From positions 49,912,001 through 49,976,000 of the forward strand of contig NC_087437.1 in assembly GCF_036321535.1 (NCBI RefSeq): a DNA stretch of 64,000 nt, read 5' to 3'. The notes under the pieces are model-generated. The model saw only the letters and a list, made by a program, of their open reading frames with translations. It searched no databases and was not told the DNA's origin. The position numbers were made by a program, and so were the translations under genes. Positions 25,660 through 37,335 of this stretch are shown piece by piece. How positions within the stretch are numbered: position 1 is the first letter of the stretch; each line of letters opens with the position of its first letter. This DNA is from Camelus dromedarius. Its lineage: Eukaryota.

Positions 25660-28259
25660 AAAAAAGATTGGGGGAACTTAATCAGGGAGCAAGACCACAT
25701 CAAGTCAAATACATTTTTGCTGGAGCACAATCTGGGAACAATGGGATCAATGAAATTCACATTCAGATGCATCATCAGAGCCTCAGCGGCTTCTCCTCCA
25801 TACGGCTGCTTTCATCTCTCCTCTATTTCTATTCACTAATACTGTCTCATTGTCCTTAATTTCCCCCAATTATTATTATTATTATTTTACTAGAAACAGA
25901 CACAACAGATTAAGGATGTAATGTTGAATAGCACAAAGCATTAGTCAAAACAGACTTTTGAAATGGCACACAATAGTCCCCCAAGGTGGTTTGTTTTATC
26001 CCCTTTCAGAGCTGAGCTTCTCCCTCACTCCACCTTTCCTGTCTTAGTCAGGGTTTGTACCAACCAACTCCCCTTGGCTTGGACCAGGTAAGGTCAGCTG
26101 GAGGTGAAGCCCTCCTCAGCTGATGGGAAAGGAAGGGCCCGCCCAGCTACACGATGGGCTCTTTTGTGGTATCATTTAGAGGTCATGGTTTTCACCCCAG
26201 CAGATTTTCATAGGTTCCTTCATTAAAAATTAAGATTCAACTACATTACAAAACAGATTGGCAGGCTGCTGGAAATTGCTATAAATAATTTATCAGCTTG
26301 TCCATTCTGATTTCTTCCAAATACTATCTTTGTTATTTTTAGCACAAAAGAAATTATATCTAACCATTGAGTTCAGTAGAGATGGAATAAAAATGCCACC
26401 AAGTATAGCACTTAACCAAATTAAGGGAAAACATATTAATTATCTTTATATCATTATATTGATGAACGATAGACAATATATGATAGAATACAGTGGTGTG
26501 GACCATGTACTTCACAGGAAAATATCATCTGAATTAGAAGAAAGCAGACTATTAAAACCTTAAGGCTAAGAAAAAGTTTTTCCTAACTTAAGACTGTACT
26601 GGCTGAAACAGATGATTTCTAAATTCCTTGATTTAATTCAACCAACATGAAGTGAGTCCCTCTGATGGAGTATAAGACAAGTGAGTCAGGTTCTTCTTCA
26701 TATTAGACCTCTCAGTCTGGCAGATATGGTTGAAGAAATTGGTTGATTGGAATACAAATTGTATAGTTCCATGCAAATGATATAATCAATGTAAGGAAGG
26801 TTAGATCACAGCAAAATCTCATCGTCTAGAATTCCCAGAGCTCTTGGAAGCCACACACTATGAACAACTTGGTTTCCATAGGAAAGGGGATTCTTGGTTT
26901 CAATTCAAGACAAAAGGGCACTTCCTCTTGGGTCCTTCCACCTCTTTTCCTGGCACAAGTACGAAGCATGCAAGAACAGTAGTTGAAACCAGAGCTATAG
27001 AAGAAGAAGGAAAATGAGATGGCTTTGGGCCAGCATGAATTCCTGGTGATCCTGATGGCAATAGTGAGTGGGTACAGTTGGATCACGAAGAGGAGTCAGT
27101 TAGTGAGATCGACTCTGGGAATAACTCATGGTTCCCTAAGCCTTGGGGAGGGGTTAAGAGGGTTACATTAATGAAAACAAAAAGCGTTTGTCTGGCTCAG
27201 TTCCTATGCACAGAATAGTGGCAACTCCACTCTTCCTCACGTTCAGCATGTGTTTATGGTGTGTCTCACGTGCACTCCAGAAGACAGTTCCCACAGCCAC
27301 CACAAGGGGTCTGCCCCACGTGGGATCAGATGACGAAGCATATCCCAGGGCACCGGGTCAACTCCTCAGCCTCTGAAGTCCTCTTCTGCTTCTAATACTG
27401 GGTGCATGGGCCTCAGGTCACACCAGGGAAATCATTAGTTCCTTGTGATGTGTAGCAAAACCTCTAATCCTTGCTCTAATTTGGCTTTTAGAAGTCTCTG
27501 AACTACAGAGAAAGATACTGAGTCTCTTCCCGCCTCCATTACACCCTGTTGTAGGCTCAAAAGGCAGTTCTGATTTGCATTTCTTAGCATTTTTCTGTAG
27601 TAATTCTGCTATTCTAGTATCTTTTCCCTGTTACAGTGATAGTATGAGGCCTAAGCTGGAGAACCACCTGAGTAAGACGCAGCCTGATGCACTGTTGCTG
27701 CGCCCTGTCGGTGAACTCCATTCCCTTGGTTAAAGGAGTGTCTTCCATGAAGTTCCTCACTCACTCCTACTAAGAGATCGCCAATGGCCTGTCCTGAATT
27801 TGTAGCGGTATACAGCTGAAGTCCCTGTTCTAGGACCCTTGATGAAAACGGACTGTTCATGAGTTTTTATTTATAAGTTGGGGACGTTCCTTCATACAGA
27901 TGTTTCATACTGAATAACAACGTTCAGAACATAAATTGAAGTAGAGATGTTTTGACTATTAACATACAGTCATGTTATAAACACCTGGAGCACAGCTTTA
28001 TGAAGATGTCCCAGTCTTCCATTCTTCCAACTATTTCTTTCTAAGTCCTCCTTGAGACGACAGACTAGGTCTTTTGGGGGACAGCTGGGAGGGACTGAAA
28101 GATAAAGAGTGCTTCTAGAATGTCCTAAAGCAAGACAAGGAGATAGGAAGGGTGCCAAACTAAAACTGCCGTAGAAATATAACACCTACAGCCGACTGGC
28201 ACTAAGGGCAACTCTGAGGGTTGTGTATGTACAGTTGCTTTAGTGTCAATCATAATACT

Positions 28260-28470
28260 AACACTGCCACAGTGCTTACAGCTAGCGAAATATTAGCACA
28301 CTCATTATCTCATTTAATCCTCATAACAGCCCAGCGGAGTGACTTCTTATTCTCAGATGACAGATGAAACATTGAGGCTTAGAAAGACTATGTGATTTGT
28401 CCCAGATTTTCCCAAGTAGGAAGGAGAGCTAAGTCCCAAACCCAGGTTTCTGAAGTTTAAATCCCATTCA
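28260..28470 (-). mobile_element. MIR SINE
   Basis: 'attatctcatttaatcctcataacagccc...acagatgaaacattgaggcttagaaag'. Confidence 0.85.
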
Positions 28471-31289
28471 CTTTCACTGCTTCCATGTTCATTTAAGGAC
28501 ATTTACTCCACAGTCCTTGTCAGAGGCCTACTGCTTAGTGCCGGTCACTGCTCTAGACCTTTGGGAGATGTATAAAGAGGAATGTCCTCAGGGAATTCTT
28601 TTTTTAACTTAACTTTTTATTTTGAAAGGTTACAGATTCACAGGAAGTTTCAAAAAAAAATAGCCTAGGGAACTTTTGCTCTAAGTGAGAAAATAAAGCT
28701 ATCCATAGGCATCTACCACGCAATGCAGAATGTGTTCTTGTTCTAAGTTAACTGAGGGACTCTGAGAGATTCGGGCGGGAACAACCACCTTTGGGCAAGC
28801 AGGCAAGTCTCCCCAGAAGAAGTGGCATTTGGACTGACTTAGAAAAGACAGTATGATTTCTATGAGCAGACAAGTCACAGAGGTGGGAAGGGTAGAGCAT
28901 TCCAGAGGCAGACACTAACTTGGGCAAAGCTGCAGAGATGGGAAAGGACAGAGCAGGTTTGGGAAAATAGAAAATGTCCAAGGGGAAGAAAAAAAAAGTA
29001 TATTTTTTTAATAAGCTCAAGTGCCAGGCTCTTCTCTACGGTGTGCTCTGTTTAAAGGTCAACATGAATGGAAAGACAGGGACTTAGCTCCCTTTCTTGA
29101 ACATCCACAGGGCGGGCCAGAACTGGCAGGGCTGAGAAAGCCACCGCTTTGTGTTTCTCTGGTACAGTAATCTGCAAGGACTTTTATTTGCAGAGTGAAG
29201 ACAGTACCCTCAAAGTTTTTTTTAGAAAAGGAATACAGGGAGACTGAATATATACTTAGAAAACTAAGGAAAAATGGGGCTCCAGAAGGTTTGGGTCTCC
29301 ATTTCCTCATTCAGACAGGTGTATTTTTCTGTCTCACCTCTTATTCCAACTTTGTTCTAAACAGATTTAAATTCTTACAGTAATGCTTGTAATTCAACCA
29401 GATAGCTTAAATTGAAAATAAGAAGTTAAGGCAAAGGATATTTATCATAAGGACATTGTGCAGATTTATTTTTTTTTCTGTTGCTCAGATTCCTTTCTAA
29501 GAGCTGTTATGGAAAATATTTCTCTCTGGTCTCAATATCCGTATTTTTGTTCTTTGTTTGAAAAATTGGTTTGTTTTTGCTTTCATGTATATACTGGATC
29601 TGGTAACTGGAAGTATTTCCCTCTTTTCATTGGCTGCTAGAAATTGCAGGGCCAAATCTGTGCCTCACTTTTTGGAAACACATAACACTTCATGGCTCAG
29701 ATTTTGTGCGTCAGTCTCACTTCTGGCTCTACAGCCACAAAGCACATCTCCCCCTCGGATCAATCTAAAGCTAAAAAATGTAAAAATGATTCTGACTTCC
29801 TTTTGAAGTTTCTTCCTTGAGAAGAGTGTTTTCAAACAGGAGATACATAATTTCACTAAGAAAAGAGAATTTGGATATTTCCACTATGAAAAGCTCTGCA
29901 TGAGTCAGAAAATGGCAAATTTCATTGTGTCCCTTTATAAGAAGAAACAATCTTTTAAAATATTCTCCAACAACCCCCTATCTATACCTCTACTCCACCA
30001 CAAATAGACTTCCAATGAGCATTTGGGAAACGTGTTAATAAACCTAGTCTTTTCAGGCACTTTTACACGTGCCACCACTGGGTTGACTGCCTTTAATAAA
30101 ATATGCTTAGTATGTACACTATACAGCACTGACCCTGTGGAGGACCAAAACACAATACCTTGCTCAAAGCAGATGCATAATAAATACTTGTTAGTTGTGT
30201 TTAATAAACGTGTGTCCACCTACACTGAAGCCTCCCAAAGAAAGGATTTTTGTATTTCACACAAATTACAGCTACTTATTGACAACCACTCTTACCGCCA
30301 TCCTCACCTCTAATATGCCTACAGCTGAACCTAGTTACACAGCAGCAGCAGCAGCTTTCTTTTAATCCAGTGAGCACTGTAGCCGTGACAAGCTTCAGTC
30401 CATCCTTCCCACTAGTTGTTTGCTGTAACCATTGCCCTGTCTATGGGCACTTCGTAATAAAGTATTTATGGGTCTCCCATCAGGAAAAAAGAGCACGGAG
30501 CCACAGACGCAGCTCTCCTGGTGGCTTTGCCCGCCTAGCCATTCCAGGGTGTGGAGGAGAAGGAGCTGGGACCCACAAAAGGCTTCTGCCCCAGCCGCTC
30601 CCCTTCACCTGTTCAGCAGGTGGGCCCCAGGTGAGCGCCAGGCTCCTGGGTTCAGCAGAGTTGCTTTGCTCCTTTGTTTGAACACCAGTTGCTTTCTCTG
30701 CCTGTTTATTTTTCTGGTTTGGTTTCCTGTCCTGATCATTAGTCAGTTCGTTCTTCCTTGTTTGTTCTGGGTCTCCTGGGTGTTTCTGCAGGTTACCTCC
30801 CTCCTGAGCGCCGGAAGGCTAATGTCTTTTGTTCCTCATAATTTGCTTTATGGCAGTGGCAGGGAGCTGTTAGACATATGGGTGCATGTTTGGTGTACAA
30901 GGGAGAAGGTTAAAGACTCACCTGGTGAATATGATCAGTTTGTGGGAATGGCCAGATCCTTGGAAAAGGGGCCATTCTCGATTTTCTCCTTGATGAGATG
31001 CTTTTCAAGTTTCACTTTATCTTCCTGCGCTTGTGTTTAAATTTAATTTGAACAGGCCCAAGGCTGATCAAATCAGCAAATTTGGCTCATGAATCCTGAT
31101 TGTTACTAACTTCTACTAATTTGGAATTTTTTAGTACTTGGAATCATTCTGATGCACTAAGCTAGAAAGCACTTTGTATAATCTGAGGAAAAAGCAAGTT
31201 TATAATTCTGAATATAAAAATGTGGCTATCACAGTGCTCAGGTAAAACTGCCTTCAAGTCCTGTGAATAGCATCCCACATCTCCCGAGC

Positions 31290-31420
31290 ATTAGGGAAGT
31301 CCCGCTCCCAGGGACGCTAATGCAACAGGTCTGGGGGGAAACAAGAGTGCTATATTTTTAGCAAATGCCCCTCTGATGATTCTCACTATCAGACAAATTT
31401 TGGAAACCCTGCTCTGAAAG
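31290..31420. mobile_element. MER5-like hAT MITE fragment
   Basis: 'caggtctgggggg...tatttttagcaaatgccc...gatgattct...tttggaaaccctgct'. Confidence 0.55.
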
Positions 31421-31719
31421 CACTGACCAATAATGCCTATAAAAATTACAAACTAGTATCCTCTGTCGAGAAAACCAACTTCCCTCTGCCCCAACTTTTA
31501 CTAATTAGGAAATATCAAGGACTTTATTATAGTTCTCGATTCCAGCAGAAAGCTAGTCTTTCAACACATCAGTGTGCAAAAGATTGCCTAAGGCATTGAG
31601 GATTCATAAACAAGTCAGATACAGTTCTCACCTTGGAAGAGTTAATAATCTAATGATAAAAATGCATGTATTTATTCAGTAAATCTGAAGAATCTTAAAT
31701 AAAATTTTATCAGCTGCCT

Positions 31720-32130
31720 ATTCAATACACACAAGAATTTCTATTCAATGCCAGGCACTGGACTCAGGGCTAGTGTTGTGTGTAAACTAAAACATCTCCC
31801 TGTCCCCAAGGAGCAAGTGTGGAGAAAATCAAGTAAGGTGACAAGTGACAGTACAGGTTTCACCCACCATGAAAGAGGCAAGTTCACAGTGCCATGTGAA
31901 CACAGAGAGAAGGGGTCCCTGACCTAGCCAAAGGGGTGTGTGTGTGTGTGTGTGTGTGTGTTGGGGTGCATGGGGGCTAATCAGGACCTAAGGGATAAAT
32001 AGAAGTTACTGAGGTGAGACAGGCAGGGAGAAGAGTGTTTCTAGTAATAAGGCATGACATATGCAAAAGCAGGGAAGTCAGAGACCTGTACACTGAGCAG
32101 TGTCGAGTAGTTGAGTAAGACTGGAGCCTC
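31720..32130 (-). mobile_element. L2 fragment
   Basis: 'atgccaggcactgg...ctccctgtccccaaggagc...gggagaagagtgtttctag...catatgcaaaagcagggaag'. Confidence 0.7.
31936..31961. repeat. (GT)13 microsatellite
   Basis: Read directly from the sequence. Confidence 0.95.
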
Positions 32131-33437
32131 AGTATTCCTCCTGCTTAGGACTATTGATATACAGCCCCATTCTAATATTCAGACATTAGCCTACTGGGGA
32201 GAGGCTCAAAACAAACCAAACTTTCATTCATCAAAAAAGTTATCTGTGCACTTGTATGCCTGGATTTAATTCCATATTGGAATTTTCTTGTAAAGCTATT
32301 GTTTTGAATAAGAAGGTGGATCTCACATAATCTGATGAATTCACGAGTGAAGGGGAGATGGAGGCAGGGTGGGGGAGACAGGGCAGGGTGGAGGAGGGGA
32401 GAGAGAAAGGGAGAAATAGGATGTCACATATTTTCACATTTCCAGAATTTGAATCACTTTACAATACTTCTGTGATTTAAATACAATTCTAGGAGTAAAT
32501 TTTCCCCACAATCATCAATAAATTTATAAAATTATATTTCTACGCCTGCCTATTAGTCATTGTTAAACAAAGTTGTTTTCTTTTATATTTTACAATTCCT
32601 ATGTAATAATGTTTTACTAATAAAACCAATGTCACTTTAGCTTCATCCATGTCCACCCTTTCTCAATCTCTCCCTTTTACATAAATCATGGTTTTAGTTG
32701 GAACAAATGAAAATGAATAAATGGTTGGGTTGTAAATTTCTCTAATACAAGTTTAAAACATAATCCAAAAAATTGCAAAAGAATTCAAATTTTTAATAAT
32801 TGTTTTACCTGTTTTACAACATATTGGGATATTATAATTTTTCAGTATTGGGGTAAAAGTGTTTACAAATCAAACCTTTTAACATATTAAGGGTTCAGAA
32901 CTTTTAGTTTGCGATTACTAACCACAATTTATAGCTACAAGATATATCTAGAGATATCTGTTCTGAGTTGCCCTGTTCTGGTTAGCCTTGTATAATATAC
33001 CATAAATCACCCTTCAGAAATTAGTCAGATAGTCAGGTCTCTCTGAAAAAGCTGCCTCCGGGAAGCTATTAGAAGAATGACGTATTTTTTTTTTCAGTGT
33101 CAGTCAATCCCTGTTGTAGACAGCACTATGTTACTTCCTTTACAAAAATAGGATTCCCGCTACAGTGAATTTCTAACAGGAAATAATAAGAACCTATCAC
33201 TTTAGTTTCTCTTTTCAATCCAAGAATCAATCAAACATTTATTGAAATACTACAATGAAAAAACAAGATCAACAAATATTTATTGAGCCTGGTAGGTGTT
33301 AAGAAGGCCCTTATCCTCAGGGGTCACATTATTTAGTGTCCTCTTATCACTACAATCAATGCACTGGGAAGTTCATAAGACATATAAGACGTAACCTTAT
33401 TTTTTTAATGCAAATAATTTGGTCAAAGGATCAAACC

Positions 33438-35098
33438 TCCACACAAAAACTACTAGAGCTGATTGAAGAATTCAGCAAGGTAGCAGGTTACAAGATTAAC
33501 ATTCAAAAATCAGTTGCATTTCTCTACACTAGCGAAGAATCAACAGAAAAAGAAAGTAAAGAAACAATCCCCTTTAAAATAGCACCCAAAGTAATAAAAT
33601 ATCTGGGAATAAATCTAACCAAGGAGGTGAAAGAATTATACACAGAAAACTATAAACCATTGATGAAGGAAATTAAAGAAGACTTTAAAAAATGGAAAGA
33701 TATCCCATGCTCTTGGATTGCAAGAATCAATATTGTTAAAATGGTCACACTGCCCAAGGCAATCTGCAGATTTAATGCAATCCCTATCAAATTACCCAGG
33801 ACATATTTCACAGAACTAGAACACATCATAATAAAATTTAGATGGAACCATCAAAGACCTAGAATTGCCAATGCATTACTGAAGAGAAAGAAAGAGGCTG
33901 GAGGAATAACTCTCCCAGACTTCAGACAATACTATAGAGCTACAGTCATCAAGACAGCATGGTATTGGTACAAAAACAGACATATAGACCAATGGAACAG
34001 AATAGAGAGCCCAGAAAGGAACCCACAAACTTTTGGTCAACTTATCTTTGACAAAGGAGGCAAGAATATACAATGGAAGAAAGACAGTCTCTTCAGCAAA
34101 TGGTGTTGGGGAAACTGGACAGCAGCATGTAAAACAATGAAGCTAGAACACTCCCTTCCAACATACACAAAAATCAACTCAAGATGGATCAAAGACTTCA
34201 ACATAAGACAAGATACAATAAACCTCCTAGAGGAAAATATAGGCAAAACATTATCTGGCATATATCTCAAAAATTTTCTCCTAGAAGAAATAAAAGCAAG
34301 AATAAACAAATGGGACCTAATGAGACTTACAAGCTTCTGCACAGCAAAGGAAACCATAAGCAAAACAAAAAGACAACCTACAGAATGGGAAAAAATTTTT
34401 GCAGATGAAACCGACAAAGGCTTGATCTCCAGAATATATAAGCAGCTCATACGACTTAATAAGAAAAAATAAACAACCCAATCCAAAAATGGGCAGAATA
34501 CCTAAACAAGCAATTCTCCAAGGAAGACATACAAATGATCAATAGACACATGAAAAAATGCTCAATATCACTAATTATCAGAGAAATGCAAATCAAAACT
34601 ACAATGAGGTATCACCTCACACCAGTCAGAATGGCCATCATTCAAAAGTCCACAAATGACAAATGCTGGAGAGGCTGTGGAGAAAGGGGAACCCTCCTAC
34701 ACTGCTGGTGGGAATGCAGTTTGGTGCAGCCACTGTGGAAAACCGTATGGAGATTCCTCAAAAGACTAGGAATAGACTTACCATATGACCCAGGAATCCC
34801 GCTCCTGGGCATATATCCAGAAGGAACCCTACTTCAGGATGACACCTGCACCCCAATGTTCATAGCAGCACTATTTACAATAGCCAAGACATGGAGACAG
34901 CCTAAATGTCCATCAACGGATGACTGGATAAAGAAGTGGTGGTATATTTATACAATGGAATACTACTCAGCCATAAAAACCAACAACATAACGCCATTTG
35001 AAGCAACATGGATACCCCTGGAGAATGTGATTCTAAGTGAAGTAAGCCAGAAAGAGAAAGAAAAATACCATATGAGATCACTCATATGTGGAATCTAA
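33438..35098 (+). pseudogene. LINE-1 ORF2p C-terminal half, frameshifted near 34470
   Basis: Motifs [31 protein letters not shown] and the terminus ...[10 protein letters not shown]. Confidence 0.95.
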
Positions 35099-35417
35099 AA
35101 AACAAAAACAAAAAGACAAAGCATAACTACAAAACAGAAATAGACTCACAGACATAGAATACAAACTTGTGGTTGCCAAGGGGGTGGGGGGTGGGAAGGG
35201 AAAGATGGGATTTTAAAGATATAGAATAGATAAACAAGATTATACTGTATAGCACAGGGAAATATACACAAGAGCTTATGGTAGCTCACTGAGAAAAAAA
35301 TGTGACAATGAATATATATATGTTCTTGTATAACTGAAAAATTGTGCTCTACACTGGAATTTGACACAACATTGTAAAATGATTATAAATCAATAAAAAA
35401 TGTTAAAAAAAAAAAAA
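33438..35417 (+). mobile_element. L1-B: young 5'-truncated LINE-1 with intact 3' UTR, poly(A) and TSD
   Basis: Starts mid-RT (aligns to L1-A 24253). ORF2 stop at 35098, G-rich tract at ~35180, AATAAA at 35392-35397, A13 at 35405-35417. TSD GATCAAACC at 33429-33437 and 35418-35426. Confidence 0.98.
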
Positions 35418-36799
35418 GATCAAACCAACAAACATGGACCTATTATCAAGAAAAATAAGCTGGGCACTGTGTGGCTTTGGGATGCTGTGAAGTGGACTGT
35501 TATTGTTGGTGAGTTATAAAAATTAAGTCTAGAGACACAGGATGTGGAGTGGGCTTACAGAATATCTTAGAAGTTAAAAAGAGATGCTTATTAGCAATAG
35601 GGAGTCACCGTGGGCTCCTGAGTGGGGAATAACACAGAGTAACTGTACTTTGGAAAAAATTTTATGTCTTTGTTTCCTCCCAATTCTCATTTGGGAGCTA
35701 AGTAATAGCATACATTGCGTATCTCAAAAGTTATCTGATCTAACTAATGGACCATGGAACGTCCATCTTCCCTCAATCTGGTTAGCTCTTTGGCATCACC
35801 TGTACATGGAAAGGGGGGGGGGCACAATTGCATCAACCGGAAGTAACTAAGGAAAGACAGGAAACTGGAAGCAGAAACACGTCATCATAGCGTGACAGGG
35901 AGGGGCTAAGAGGAAGGCGTTAGGGTTAGGGTTAACCTCATGGGGTAGGTGTGCCAGGGTGGAATGAGAAACACTCTCTCTGCTCCTTGCCTTCAAGTAA
36001 TACCAACTTTTATATCTTAGACTCATTTACAGATGGTGAAGCCAATGGCTCATGGGATTAAATCTAAAATAAAATAGGCTTGAGGTGATTTTAGACTTCA
36101 GACAGGTAAACTTTAATCTACTGAAGATGGCTACAATTATCAATAGAAGCCAAAAACAAAAAACCCACTTGTTTCTGTAATCAATTTGTCCTTTAAAAAA
36201 GGTTGATAAACATGTAAATATACACCAATCCTGCCTAATTCCTGTGCCTTTGACAGGCATCACTAATTGATCACAGAGTTGTTTCTTGTTGTGTTCTGAT
36301 AGGCCTTGTAATACTTCTCAAAAGCTCTATAGGAAGCTATTACCAATTGGTTGCAGTTGGCCTTGGAGATAAAAACTGTTTGCTAACCTGCACTAGCAGG
36401 TAACTCTGACTATGATAATGTTAATAAATTCATCCCATTAGTTGTGCTCACTTACTACAATATCATTTTTTAAAAGCTACAATATTGATATGTCCCTTGG
36501 TTTATTGTTTGACAATAAAAGAAAGAGTTAGGTGGTTCTCAAAACTGTCTCATACTTAGAAGTAGTCTAGTATATTGAGAAAGGTGATTTGTGAACTTGT
36601 GTAGTTCACAGTTCAAGTAAACAAGCACAAGAGATCTAAAAGCACCTCACTGGACAACTCTAGAATGGAGTCGAATGACAAGGGGACCACATACGAGACC
36701 CATCTTCTGTCCATCTCGCATCTGCTGAATGGAAATTAGAGCAGCAGCAGCATAAAATGCTTCTATGGTCAACAGAATGTTCAGTGCTGAAGATGAAGA

Positions 36800-37045
36800 T
36801 GATGATCCAGAATTACTGAGTGTTTACCATACACTAAATACTCATCTAAAAGCCTTTATCTCATCTAATTTTTATCCCAACATTATCTCATGTAATCTTC
36901 ACTATAATGTTGTGCATAGCTATTATATCCCTATTTTGAAAATCAGGAAATTGAAGTTCAGAGAAATTAATTTTTCCAAGATCATACAACTATTAAGTGT
37001 TGGAACCATGATTTGAAAGGGAATTTGTTTGATTCTGCTTCTAGT
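36800..37045 (-). mobile_element. MIR SINE
   Basis: 'attatctcatgtaatcttcac...aggaaattgaagttcagagaaattaatttttccaagatcatacaact'. Confidence 0.8.
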
Positions 37046-37212
37046 GTTGTACAATGTGGTGTCCAACACAATAGTCACTAGCCACAAGTGGCTGCAAAGC
37101 ATTTGAAATGTGACTAATACCACTGAATAACTAAATTCCAATTTCATTAAATTTAAATTTAAATATAAGTAGTCATATGGGACTCATGGCTACCATATTG
37201 GACAGCACAGAA
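37045..37212. mobile_element. MER3-like hAT-Charlie MITE
   Basis: 'tgtccaacacaatagtcactagccacaagtggct...catttgaaatgtgact...tggctaccatattggacagcacag'; the ends are internally inverted. Confidence 0.85.
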
Positions 37213-37335
37213 TTAGACTCTGAACTCCATGAGAGAAGGTACCACATGTTTCACTGATGACTGTATCCTCAACATTTAGCACAGTAGTCTAGTATATATT
37301 AGATACACAATAATATTTTTAAGTGAACAAACAAG
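37213..37335 (+). mobile_element. L2 3' end
   Basis: 'tagactctgaactccatgagagaagg...ctgtatcctcaacatttagcacagt'. Confidence 0.7.

Larger units (their letters stand above)
18843..25665 (+). mobile_element. L1-A: young LINE-1 with complete 5' end, 3'-truncated, with TSD
   Basis: GC-rich 5' UTR starting with a YY1 motif, then ORF1, spacer, and ORF2 with EN/RT/C domains. Ends at ...ATATATCCAGAAGG plus 8 A. TSD GATTGGGGGAACTT at 18829-18842 and 25666-25679. Confidence 0.98.

Noticed and set aside
25368..25859. ORF2 C-domain ORF with a novel C-terminal tail
   Set aside because: It is simple read-through from the truncation point into flank, and lies downstream of several frameshifts.
30432..31040. 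202-aa ORF, and the other short ORFs outside the L1s such as 9020-9556 and 1184-1465
   Set aside because: Mostly non-ATG starts, no recognisable domains, several overlap old repeats, and lengths are compatible with chance in mammalian non-coding DNA.
33336..34472. 378-aa ORF as a host-L1 fusion gene
   Set aside because: It starts at a GTG in flanking DNA that is merely in frame with the truncated ORF2, lacks the YADD catalytic motif, and ends at a frameshift stop.
18843..35417. A single L1 split by a 7.8-kb insertion with a 1.4-kb duplication
   Set aside because: Each part has its own distinct TSD (GATTGGGGGAACTT and GATCAAACC) and the spacer is ordinary host DNA with ancient repeats, so these are two independent insertions.
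35918..35933. TTAGGG repeats as interstitial telomeric sequence
   Set aside because: Only about 2.5 units, within chance expectation.
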